Part shown: one piece after another, positions 17,965 through 27,186 of the stretch | Numbering within the stretch: position 1 is the first letter of the stretch | How the letters are laid out: each line of letters starts with the position of its first letter | Source: Candidatus Gottesmanbacteria bacterium UBA6580 | GTDB lineage: Bacteria; Patescibacteriota; Microgenomatia; UBA10105; UBA927 | DNA length: 64,000 bases | Assembly: GCA_002433895.1 (NCBI GenBank) | Contig: DJJA01000006.1 | Location: 104,630-168,629, forward strand | Direction of reading: 5' to 3' | Program-made: the position numbers and the translations under genes | Notes under the pieces: generated by a model | Told to the model about the DNA's origin: nothing | The model's database searches: none | Seen by the model: only the letters and a program-made list of their open reading frames with translations

Positions 17965-18192
17965 ATATATTCAGTGTTAAATATTATAATAAATACCACA
18001 CATCAGATACAAACGCAGCGAAACACTCTGCTGCGCCGGTTTTACCCCAAATCAATTGACCATAAAGGCTCTCCCCTTACACGATTCTTGTCCATACATC
18101 ACCTTGAATAATTAATTGCATTTTTTTGTCGAGGTGGAAGCTTAAACCTGAAGCTAAAAACAAAAGTTGGAGCGTTGTAACGTACGTTCCAA

Positions 18193-18227
18193 CTTTTAAA
18201 TTCATGCCAAGATTGTATCACGGGGAA
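18193..18227. repeat. about 35-bp imperfect direct repeat copy B (pseudo-start of ychF)
   Basis: Duplicates the ychF ATG plus the first 5 codons (MNLKVG) and about 20 nt of upstream sequence. It continues into a 42-codon frame unrelated to ychF. Confidence 0.8.
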
Positions 18228-18281
18228 TAAAAAGATTGTAATAGTGCGCTATTGAAAGCATTAACACCGGTAACCGAGAAT

Positions 18282-19226
18282 TTACCTTGATTGTTTTGAG
18301 GCCTCAAATTGCAGCGGTTCTCTTCTCAAGCTGGTAAATCGGAAAATATCACCCTTTCTGATTATCGTTTCACCGAAGGGAAGCCAGTTTTCACCCATAA
18401 TATGATCTTTTTGCCCATCTTTTCGCAACCAGCGCCCAACGCCCATTCGCGCTAAACCTGCAAGCGGTTTTATCCGACTAAACTCACCTGTGTTCTGATC
18501 TATACCTGTCACTTCACACCTACCACAAGGCTTTGGTTGGTGCACCTCAACACCGTTGATCGATCCGGCTGAATAATCATGAATACGGCGGAATGGAACA
18601 CCCCCAAGTAGCACTTGATACCGAAACCTATTGGCGTCCACCGGGACCCCTATGGTGGCAAATACCCGCTCCGCATCATCCGAGGCAATAGCATGGATGG
18701 GATAACCATCTTGGGCCCGAAGTGGATTTGTGTTTGCTTCAAAGTTTTGCCGTGACATGCGACTCCATGGACCGCTCGTTCTGGCAACTTTAACCTGCCG
18801 CTTCAGCTGATCGCTCAGCCATTCTGAGATTATGGGGACTTCGACTGCTTTACCGCGGTATTCCCAAACCTGTACCGGAATGACGTTCGACAAATCATCG
18901 TCTGCCTTATGAGGCACTTGCACTTCACTCCCGTTAAAACGGAAAAATAACCTATCACCCCTTTGCTCCGGCCTGACCAAAGCTAGCTGTGGAGTGCCTG
19001 CTACAAACATATTCTTCGCAGGGTCAACCTGAACTCTTTGGGTGAAAAAATTGTGATCTCCGTGGTGATCAGTCGTCGCATCTACCGCCACAAGAAAATG
19101 ATCTTGAATATCGCCACCGACCGTTTCGAGGCCGGATTTTTTCATCGAAGCTTCTTCCAACTTCAATGGGCTACCACCTTTGAGGGGTTGAATCTGTAAA
19201 TCAAGCACTTGTGCCTCAATCATCTG
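18282..19226 (-). CDS. MOSC-domain protein (YcbX-like)
   Basis: MOSC N-terminal beta-barrel followed by a MOSC domain with the conserved Cys (HQPKPCGRC). Confidence 0.6.
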   Translation of the reverse strand, partial: QMIEAQVLDLQIQPLKGGSPLKLEEASMKKSGLETVGGDIQDHFLVAVDATTDHHGDHNFFTQRVQVDPAKNMFVAGTPQLALVRPEQRGDRLFFRFNGSEVQVPHKADDDLSNVIPVQVWEYRGKAVEVPIISEWLSDQLKRQVKVARTSGPWSRMSRQNFEANTNPLRAQDGYPIHAIASDDAERVFATIGVPVDANRFRYQVLLGGVPFRRIHDYSAGSINGVEVHQPKPCGRCEVTGIDQNTGEFSRIKPLAGLARMGVGRWLRKDGQKDHIMGENWLPFGETIIRKGDIFRFTSLRREPLQFEASKQSR

Positions 19227-19323
19227 GTGTATTGTAGTATGGATTACATTAAAACACAATTGAACGGATCGGTGAAATATCTCAACAGTACATATCCTTA
19301 ACAGGGGACGTCATAAGCCAGGG

Positions 19324-19803
19324 CTATTTAATGTTATTTTCACTTACTAAGGATTTCAACGCATGCCCGAGATTTTCCGTATTTTTTAACTCATCTGCAG
19401 GAATCCATTTGTATGCCGTGTGTTCATTACTTAGGCGGACTGGGATATCATCAACAATACGCATTGCGACAGTATATCTATCAACTTTCTCATTCATGGA
19501 TGTCGTCACTTGCTGACGGGCAATAAACCGAAGCGTTTCGTTTCCTGTGGGTAACCAACCAATTTCCTCGCGCAATTCTCGACACAACTCTGGGTGTAAC
19601 GCTCCGCCGCCAGTGATTGAAGCAATATCGATATTTTTTTCTACTCTTCCGCCGGGTATATCCCAATACGCTTCTCCGTCACCATATACCTCAGGATTCC
19701 GCTTTAACAAAAGCACCTCATCTCGAGAGTTGAAAATTAACACCTTAACTCCTATTTGAGAAGGTTTAATTTTATATTCTTTGAACTGTTCATTTTCAGT
19801 CAT
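19324..19803 (-). CDS. NUDIX hydrolase
   Basis: Nudix box GGRVEKNIDIASITGGGALHPELCRELREEIG. Confidence 0.85.
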   Translation of the reverse strand: MTENEQFKEYKIKPSQIGVKVLIFNSRDEVLLLKRNPEVYGDGEAYWDIPGGRVEKNIDIASITGGGALHPELCRELREEIGWLPTGNETLRFIARQQVTTSMNEKVDRYTVAMRIVDDIPVRLSNEHTAYKWIPADELKNTENLGHALKSLVSENNIK

Positions 19804-19900
19804 ACTTTGCAGATCAAATATTTTTTTACTTTTCCCAATTCGTAATAAAGAATTATAGCATGTGTAAGAGCCGCACCGGTGGTATACTTAGAGCTTCCTT

Positions 19901-21523
19901 ATGCTTATTACTGCCCTCCAATTATCGAAAACTATCGGCGCCAAAACGCTGTTTACCGATCTGGATTTCCATATCGCGCCAAACGAAAAAGTAGCGCTCA
20001 TCGGCCGCAACGGTCAGGGCAAGTCCACACTTTTACATATCATCGGCGGGTTGGACACCGACTTTACGGGCTCACTGACCCGCAAGAAAAATCTCCGTAC
20101 AGTGCTTACCAAACAGGAACACTTAACCGACAATACGCTTTCGGCACTCGACTATATCCTCAAAAGTGTCCCCCATTATATCGAATACGAAAAAGTATTG
20201 ACCGGATTTGAAAAAGAACACCACACCGATATGCACCGCTACACCGAGGCAGTCGATTACTTTTCGGAACACGGCTACTACTATATAAAAGACCTGATTA
20301 TGGGAACCCTTAACGATTTCCAGATAACAGACGAGAAAGCCAATCACCCGCTTGTGACGCTGTCCGGCGGCGAAAAACGGTTTGTGGAACTTACCCGCAT
20401 GATGTATTCGCAGGCGGAGCTCTTACTCATCGACGAACCGACCAATCACATGGACTATGTGGGGAAAGAACAATTTATTTCCTGGATGCTCACGGTAGAG
20501 GCAGGAGTGCTGGTCGTCACCCATGACCGCGATGTATTAAAACACGTCGATCGTATTATCGAACTTAAAGATCAGCATATCTCCTCGTACAAAGGAAATT
20601 ATGAACAGTACCTCAAGCTCAATACCGCGCAAACCACGAGCTCGGTTGTGAACTACCAGAACCAGATGAAAAAGCTTGCCGATGCCAAAAAGCGGGTGGA
20701 ATGGGGCTTACAAATGCGTGCCAAAAGCAAAGCATGGAAGGTGCGCTACGATCACTGGGTCAAAGATTACGAAAAGATTAAATCCGAAACCGTGAAGCCA
20801 TCGTTTTGGATAGATCAAGATTCTGTCGCCGATCTCGACAAAGCCGTATCGGATTCGTACCACAAGTTCAAAGAGAAAAATGTGCGCATCAGTGTCCCCA
20901 CGAGCAAAGAAAAAATAAGTCAGCTGGTGGGTGTAAAAAATTTGTCGCTTGGCTATAACGGTCCCCTGTTTGCCGATATCACGTTTGCTTTTGGCAGCAC
21001 CCAGCGGCTATTTATTAAAGGAAGAAACGGCGCGGGCAAAAGCACGCTCGTCAAAACGGTCATCTCCCGCTACCACGGCGAAACCCCGCAGGCAACCATA
21101 TTTGAAGGGGAAATCAAACTCGCGTCAAATTTACGTATCGGGCAGTATAACCAAGAGCTTGACCCCATCTATCTCGAACAGACATTGGAGCAGGCAATAA
21201 ATAATGTATACGCGAGCCTCAATATCCCCATTGATGTAGGGAAAGTAAAAAGCACGATGTCCCAATATCTCTTTGATCCCGTCGTGGACGCGAGGCAAAA
21301 AATTATTGACCTGTCCGGAGGACAAAAAGCGCGGTTTCAACTGATCAAAATGTTTGCCAACAAACCCAATCTCCTTATCTTGGATGAGCCGACCAACCAC
21401 TTGGATTTACCGTCTATCGAAGAGCTGGAAAACGCGCTGCAAGACTATGACGGCGGCATACTGTATATCTCCCACGACACAAGCTTTATTTCCAAACTCG
21501 GCGGCGAAATCGTAGAAATCTAA
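19901..21523 (+). CDS. ABC-F family ATPase (tandem ABC domains, no TM domain)
   Basis: Two Walker A motifs (GRNGQGKST, GRNGAGKST) and two LSGG signature motifs. Confidence 0.85.
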   Translation: MLITALQLSKTIGAKTLFTDLDFHIAPNEKVALIGRNGQGKSTLLHIIGGLDTDFTGSLTRKKNLRTVLTKQEHLTDNTLSALDYILKSVPHYIEYEKVLTGFEKEHHTDMHRYTEAVDYFSEHGYYYIKDLIMGTLNDFQITDEKANHPLVTLSGGEKRFVELTRMMYSQAELLLIDEPTNHMDYVGKEQFISWMLTVEAGVLVVTHDRDVLKHVDRIIELKDQHISSYKGNYEQYLKLNTAQTTSSVVNYQNQMKKLADAKKRVEWGLQMRAKSKAWKVRYDHWVKDYEKIKSETVKPSFWIDQDSVADLDKAVSDSYHKFKEKNVRISVPTSKEKISQLVGVKNLSLGYNGPLFADITFAFGSTQRLFIKGRNGAGKSTLVKTVISRYHGETPQATIFEGEIKLASNLRIGQYNQELDPIYLEQTLEQAINNVYASLNIPIDVGKVKSTMSQYLFDPVVDARQKIIDLSGGQKARFQLIKMFANKPNLLILDEPTNHLDLPSIEELENALQDYDGGILYISHDTSFISKLGGEIVEI

Positions 21524-21566
21524 AACCCCCGCAATCCGATTGCTCTTCCTCTATGTTCGCTCTACA

Positions 21567-22520
21567 ATGGATATAAGGAAGTCTATGCTGCCCCCCGATC
21601 AGATACTTGCTGACATCAAAGCCCTCAAAATCCAGGGAGCGACCAATGTCGCGCTCGCCGTCCTTGACGCACTTAGTAAGGCAATCGAAGAGCAACCCGA
21701 CATTTCCTGTTTTGAATTAACCAAACTCGGCGAGATACTTGCCTATGCCCGCCCCACGGAGCCGCTGGCGCAAAATGCCGTGCGTTATATAAGCGCGGGG
21801 TGTACGGAAGAAGCCACCAAGCGAATAGCCGCCTACAAAACGTATATAGAAAAAGGAAAGCTTACTATCCCCCAAATTGGCGTGCCGCTCTTGAGTGATG
21901 GCGGGACATATCTTACGCTTTGCCATTCCTCCACCACCGTAAAGTTATTTACGGCAGCGCGAGCGAAAGGTGCGTATTTTTCGCTTTATGTTGCAGAAAC
22001 CCGACCCCGTTTCCAGGGGCGCATTACCGCCAAAGAACTGCTTGACGCGGGTTTTGATGACGTGACGATGACGGTCGATGACGTGGCCGTGTCACTTATC
22101 GAAGGGCGGATCGGCAAAATCGATGCCGTATTTATCGGCGCTGACCTTATTAACGACAAAGGGTTTGTCAACAAAATCGGTTCGCTCGCCGTCACTGCCG
22201 CCGCCAAACGGAAACATATCCCGGTCTATGTCCTTACCACGCTATTAAAATACGACCCCACCCCGTTTTCGCCCGCGATGATCGAAACCCGGAACAGCGA
22301 GGAAATTTGGAAGGAAGCTCCGGACAATCTGAAGTTTTACTCACCCGCGTTTGATTACGTATCATACATGAGTAACGTCCACGTGGTGTGCGAAGATGGC
22401 GTGATACCCGGTAAGCAGGTAAAAAAAGCGACAAATAAACACTATCCTTTTGTATTCGAAACAGGGTATGATAAATATCTGCACTATGGCAAATCGGTAT
22501 ATCCACTATCTCGCCCTTAA
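21567..22520 (+). CDS. eIF-2B alpha/beta/delta-like ribose-1,5-bisphosphate isomerase (or MTR-1-P isomerase)
   Basis: eIF2B-related family fold. It lies immediately upstream of a form II/III RuBisCO and overlaps it by about 35 nt. Confidence 0.7.
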   Translation: MDIRKSMLPPDQILADIKALKIQGATNVALAVLDALSKAIEEQPDISCFELTKLGEILAYARPTEPLAQNAVRYISAGCTEEATKRIAAYKTYIEKGKLTIPQIGVPLLSDGGTYLTLCHSSTTVKLFTAARAKGAYFSLYVAETRPRFQGRITAKELLDAGFDDVTMTVDDVAVSLIEGRIGKIDAVFIGADLINDKGFVNKIGSLAVTAAAKRKHIPVYVLTTLLKYDPTPFSPAMIETRNSEEIWKEAPDNLKFYSPAFDYVSYMSNVHVVCEDGVIPGKQVKKATNKHYPFVFETGYDKYLHYGKSVYPLSRP

Positions 22521-23724
22521 CGAAGAGGTCGATAAGACGAAACACATCATCGCCACGTTTACGCTACATGTAGAAGGCGAACCGTTTGATAAAACTGCCG
22601 GAGGGGTCGCGGCGGAATCCTCGGTCGGCACATGGACAGACATCGGACTCGAGGAAAAAGCGATCTGGGACAAACTCCATGCTAAGGTCATCGACATGGA
22701 CGAAAGCACAGGACGCATCGTGGTCGCGTATCCTTTGGATTTATTTGAGGCAGGCAGCATCCCTCAGCTCCTCTCCTCTATCACGGGAAACGTTTTCGGA
22801 CTAAAAGAAATCGTCGGGCTGCGGCTCGAAGACCTCGATTTTCCGGAAGTATTTGTGAAATCCTTTCCGGGACCCGCGCTGGGTATCGAGGGCATCCGTG
22901 CACTCACCGGAGTGAAAGACGCACCGCTTACGGGCTCCATCATCAAACCCAAACTGGGGCTCACCAGTGTCCGCCACGCGGAAGCGTGTATGGAAGTATG
23001 GGACGGCGGGGTGAACCTCGTCAAAGACGATGAAAACCTCGCCAACATGGCGTTTGATAATTTCTACACCCGGGTCGATGAAGTAACCCGACGGATGAAA
23101 GAAAAAAATTATCTGGAAATCGGGAAAGCAAAAATCCACGCTTTCAATATCACCGCAAGCTACGAAGAAATGATGAAACGCGCAAACTACGTACGTGACA
23201 GCGGTGCAAACTGTCTGATGATCGATGTATTAACCGCGGGCTTTGCCGCCACCCAAGGGATACGGAATAGAAACTACGGACTGATGATCCACGGGCACCG
23301 CGCCATGCACGCGGCATTCACCCGCTCCAAAGTATTCGGCATCTCGATGCTCGTGATCGCCAAACTCGCGAGACTAGCCGGCATCGATTCGTTCCACACG
23401 GGTACCGTGGTCGGCAAAATGGAGGGCGGGAAAGAAGAAGTAGTCACCATTAATAATTTCCTGCGCAGTGAGTGGTATGGCTTGAAAACCACACTCCCCA
23501 CGGCGTCGGGCGGACTGCACCCGGGACACATCCCTGATCTTGTTTCCATCCTCGGCAAAGACCTGCTTATGAACTTCGGCGGCGGCATCCACGGGCATCC
23601 TGACGGAACCCCCGCAGGAGCACGGGCAATCGTCCAGTCACTTAACGCGACGTTAGCAGGTATTCCCCTGTCAGAAGCCAAAGACAGCCCCGAACTGCAG
23701 CGGGCACTGGAAAAGTGGCAATAA
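22486..23724 (+). CDS. rbcL: RuBisCO large subunit, form II/III
   Basis: Catalytic motifs GLKTTLPTASGGLHPGHIPDLVSILGKDLLMNFGGGIHGHPDGTPAGARA and KPKLGL. No small subunit gene is nearby. Start taken at MANRYIHY. Confidence 0.9.
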   Translation: MANRYIHYLALNEEVDKTKHIIATFTLHVEGEPFDKTAGGVAAESSVGTWTDIGLEEKAIWDKLHAKVIDMDESTGRIVVAYPLDLFEAGSIPQLLSSITGNVFGLKEIVGLRLEDLDFPEVFVKSFPGPALGIEGIRALTGVKDAPLTGSIIKPKLGLTSVRHAEACMEVWDGGVNLVKDDENLANMAFDNFYTRVDEVTRRMKEKNYLEIGKAKIHAFNITASYEEMMKRANYVRDSGANCLMIDVLTAGFAATQGIRNRNYGLMIHGHRAMHAAFTRSKVFGISMLVIAKLARLAGIDSFHTGTVVGKMEGGKEEVVTINNFLRSEWYGLKTTLPTASGGLHPGHIPDLVSILGKDLLMNFGGGIHGHPDGTPAGARAIVQSLNATLAGIPLSEAKDSPELQRALEKWQ

Positions 23725-23730
23725 ACCTCC

Positions 23731-23757
23731 GCCCACTCCCGATGTGGGCTTGTGTTT
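23731..23757 (+). terminator. intrinsic terminator; also copy 1 of a 19-nt hairpin repeat
   Basis: GCCCAC-UCCCGAU-GUGGGC followed by UUGUGUUU, 7 nt after the rbcL stop. Confidence 0.6.
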
Positions 23758-23848
23758 GAAGCCTCAAGTTATGAAAAACTTGCTGAATGATCCCACCCTG
23801 ACGCCCTATTTACCCACATCTCCGCTTCAGTTATAATAGCTATAGGAT

Positions 23849-25174
23849 ATGTACAATGATCTTCTCTTACGGTTTGGGTTGAGTTTCCTCGTGGGCGCCA
23901 TCGTGGGGCTCGAGCGCGAGTACCAGCACGATGAAAAAGGGTCGCGCATGAAGCGCGAAACCTCCATGGGTATCCGCACCTACTCGCTCATCTCATTTTT
24001 GGGCGGCGTATGCGGCTGGCTCACGGTGACGGGTAACCTGCTCGGCTTAGTTGCCGCACTACTCACTGGTGCCATGCTTGTTTCCTACTATATTATGTCC
24101 AGCCTACACACGCGGGATCACGGGCCCACGTCGGAAATCGGCGCTATCGCCGTCTTTTTTATGGGGGCGCTTCTTTTCTTCCCTCAGTTTCCGATCGCTC
24201 TCGTGTTTGCCACGACGTTTGTGATCACGTTTCTGTTGTCCCGCAAAGAGGAAATCAAATCCAAAATCCGGACACTCCACAGCTTTGAAACCAATGCGTT
24301 TGTGCTCTACGGCATCATCGCGCTAGTCATCCTGCCGTTTTTACCAAATACCTGGATACACTTGGGTGATCTCAAACTCGTCAATGAACTTGCCGCCGCA
24401 TACAACGCGCCGCTTAACCGGTTTGCGTCTATCGAACTGGTAAACCCCTATCGCTTGTGGCTGGTGGTGACGCTTATCACGGGTATCGACCTTTTGGGCT
24501 ACGGATTGCAAAAGCTCCTCGGCGGGAAAAAGGGATGGTTACTTGCGGCAATCAGTGGCGGATTTATTTCTTCTACTGCTGCCACCTTAGCGCTCGCCCA
24601 ACGAAGCAAAAAAATGACCGATGTCACCGCACTCGTCACCGCAGCGGTGCTATCAAATACAACGAGCTTTGTGCAAATGATGCTCCTTATCTTGCCCCTT
24701 AACGCCGCGTTTTTCACCCACAGCTCGCTGTTTTTTGCCTCCCTTCTCGGGACGGGCATTATTGTCAGCGCGTTACTCCACTTCCGCTCTGGTAACGCAA
24801 CGAACGAAACAAAAGCCGCAACTTCTATTTTTTCGCTGCAGTCCGCGCTCAAGTTTGCCGTTATCTTCAGTCTTATCCGCACTGGCTCACAACTGGCGCG
24901 CCAGCTATTTGGGGAAAGCGGCGTTATCATCACGAGCGCCGTGGGTGCGATCGCCGGCATGGACGCGGTAACCATAACGCTTGCCGACATGGCAGGTAAA
25001 TCGCTCTCCTTTACCAACGCATTGGCGGCACTTGCGGTGGCAAATACCGTGAACCTCAGTATGAAAATCTTTTATGCCAAAACCAGCGGGTCGCCCGCGT
25101 TTTTCCGACTGTTTGCCATTGCTATAGCGACGATTATTATTGCCAGCGTACTCACGCTCCTTTGGATCAAATAA
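23849..25174 (+). CDS. MgtC/SapB-family membrane protein with DUF4010-like C-terminal domain
   Basis: N-terminal GLEREYQHDEKGSRMKRETSMGIRTYSLI motif of the MgtC family, about 10 TM helices. Confidence 0.6.
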   Translation: MYNDLLLRFGLSFLVGAIVGLEREYQHDEKGSRMKRETSMGIRTYSLISFLGGVCGWLTVTGNLLGLVAALLTGAMLVSYYIMSSLHTRDHGPTSEIGAIAVFFMGALLFFPQFPIALVFATTFVITFLLSRKEEIKSKIRTLHSFETNAFVLYGIIALVILPFLPNTWIHLGDLKLVNELAAAYNAPLNRFASIELVNPYRLWLVVTLITGIDLLGYGLQKLLGGKKGWLLAAISGGFISSTAATLALAQRSKKMTDVTALVTAAVLSNTTSFVQMMLLILPLNAAFFTHSSLFFASLLGTGIIVSALLHFRSGNATNETKAATSIFSLQSALKFAVIFSLIRTGSQLARQLFGESGVIITSAVGAIAGMDAVTITLADMAGKSLSFTNALAALAVANTVNLSMKIFYAKTSGSPAFFRLFAIAIATIIIASVLTLLWIK

Positions 25175-25194
25175 ACACATAGTTACGGTAGAAT

Positions 25195-25425
25195 ATGTGT
25201 ATGTACGTATCGGTAATTACCCACCCCAACGCAAAACGGCCACGAATAGAAGAAGATCTGACCGGTATACTGCATGTCTATGTCAACGCTCCCCCGCTCG
25301 AAGGCAAGGCAAATAGGGCGGCAATCGAAGCCATTGCGGACTACTACAACGTAAAGAAAAGCGCTGTCACACTCCTTTCCGGCCACACATCAAAGAATAA
25401 ACGGTTTGAAATACTGGGGTTATAA
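25195..25425 (+). CDS. DUF167/YggU-family protein
   Basis: A 76-aa ORF with a YggU-like LHVYVNAPPLEGKAN motif. Confidence 0.6.
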   Translation: MCMYVSVITHPNAKRPRIEEDLTGILHVYVNAPPLEGKANRAAIEAIADYYNVKKSAVTLLSGHTSKNKRFEILGL

Positions 25426-25432
25426 ACCTTCT

Positions 25433-26146
25433 TTAACGGAGAAACATCGCCCACGCCATCATCAGCAACAGTGACACACTCGTGACGATAGTGATAACCC
25501 GCGCGGCTTTTGCGCCGAGGAGTTCCGAAAGCCGGATCACCAGAATAAGCAACACAAACTGTGCTTCCCAAATAATGAGCGGCGGATAATGTACAACTCC
25601 CGGGGTCACCGGTACGTCTCCCGGAATAAGCCACGACATAATCGTCTTTTGCTTCAGGACAACCATATGAAACGCGATAAGCGCAAACGCTATCCGGGCT
25701 CCCCAATATTGCAGTTGCCACCAAAGTTTCGCACCCAACGCGAGCGTGGCATATCTGTTGGAAATAATAAGTAACACAAAAAGCACGATGAGTGCTTCCA
25801 GTCCCGGGTATGCCGACCACGGGCGGGATGAATACAACCCCCAAGGACCATTTCGCGCGAGCGGGAACATCACCAGATATACGTGTAAAAATCCCGTAAA
25901 AAAGCTCATGATACCAACCTCTTTGCGGTACTTAAGCGCCCAATCAAACCGGTTAAACAACCGTGACAACGGTCCCAGAAGAAGCACCGTACCAAGAAGA
26001 AACAATGTGCTTGCCGCCAGACTCACATTGAGTGCGGATAGCCCGGCAGCACCTGAAGCGATCACTTCTACTTCATATAAACCCAGCACTAACGCGACCG
26101 CGAATAACCCTGCATACACATACTGGAGGATATCGTTTCTGAGCAT
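25433..26146 (-). CDS. ferric-reductase-like transmembrane protein (MsrQ/YedZ-like)
   Basis: Six TM helices with His pairs (FLHVYL, AFHMVV) positioned like heme ligands. Confidence 0.4.
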   Translation of the reverse strand: MLRNDILQYVYAGLFAVALVLGLYEVEVIASGAAGLSALNVSLAASTLFLLGTVLLLGPLSRLFNRFDWALKYRKEVGIMSFFTGFLHVYLVMFPLARNGPWGLYSSRPWSAYPGLEALIVLFVLLIISNRYATLALGAKLWWQLQYWGARIAFALIAFHMVVLKQKTIMSWLIPGDVPVTPGVVHYPPLIIWEAQFVLLILVIRLSELLGAKAARVITIVTSVSLLLMMAWAMFLR

Positions 26147-26168
26147 CGTACAATTATTGTACCATCGC

Positions 26169-27149
26169 TCACACTATTTGTGCTGCCTTCAATTCCTTTA
26201 GAAGCGCGAGTATTTCATCTGCGGAGTTTGTCGCCATAGCCCGCACGCGCCAGTCGGTCGCGCCATGAAAATTGTTGACATAAATTTTGTAAAACTTTTT
26301 GAGTATCGCATAGTTTTTGTGGTTTCCCCACACCTGGGTGAACAACCTGACGTGCCGCTCCATGACATCCAGGAGTTCGCGCGGTGTCCCCACGTGTGGC
26401 GTGTCTGATGTATCAAACGCCCAGGGATTTTGAAATATTCCCCGCCCAATCATGATGCCGTCTACACCATACATGTTATATTTTTCTCTCGCGTCACTCG
26501 CATCCTTCACGTCCCCGTTTCCGATAATCACCGTATGTACCTTCATGCGGTCACGGAGCGCAACTAATTTACCGATCTCTTCCCATCTCGCGGGGACTTT
26601 GGATAATTCCTTGGCGGTCCGGGCATGGAGTGTCAGTGCATCAAGTCCCTGTTCGAGCAGAAACGGAAGCCACGTATCCGCGACGCTCTTTTTATTTCCC
26701 AACCTTGTTTTCACACTAATGGGTATCGGTTTTCCCGCTGCAGCAATCCCATCTTTGATCGCTTGTATAGCAGCGGCTGCGACATCGGGGCTATCAATCA
26801 TCGCCGCTCCTCCACCGTGGAGCATCACCGTTTTATCAGGGCAGCCCATATTTATATCAATCCCATCAAATCCCATACCTGCCACTTCTTTGGCGGTTTG
26901 AAATAATGTCTCCGGATTTTTACCCCAAATCTGGGCAATAATTGGTTTTTCTTCCGGGGTGTAGACAAAATTATCCGCAACCGCCCGTCTCCCCGGCGAA
27001 CAAAATCCATCGGCAGAGGTAAACTCGGTAAAAAATACATCGGGCTTCGCGCATGAAGCGACAATGCGCCGGAATACCGTATCAGCCACCCCTTCGAGGG
27101 GTGCCAACACAAGAAACGGTTTTGGTAGTGAACGCCAGAATTCCATCAT
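26169..27149 (-). CDS. dus: tRNA-dihydrouridine synthase
   Basis: Dus TIM-barrel motifs (LAPLEGVAD, GCPDKTVMLHGGGAAM, VKTRLG). Confidence 0.85.
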   Translation of the reverse strand: MMEFWRSLPKPFLVLAPLEGVADTVFRRIVASCAKPDVFFTEFTSADGFCSPGRRAVADNFVYTPEEKPIIAQIWGKNPETLFQTAKEVAGMGFDGIDINMGCPDKTVMLHGGGAAMIDSPDVAAAAIQAIKDGIAAAGKPIPISVKTRLGNKKSVADTWLPFLLEQGLDALTLHARTAKELSKVPARWEEIGKLVALRDRMKVHTVIIGNGDVKDASDAREKYNMYGVDGIMIGRGIFQNPWAFDTSDTPHVGTPRELLDVMERHVRLFTQVWGNHKNYAILKKFYKIYVNNFHGATDWRVRAMATNSADEILALLKELKAAQIV

Positions 27150-27186
27150 ACGATTGTATCAAAGATATGGATGTATACACGCATCA

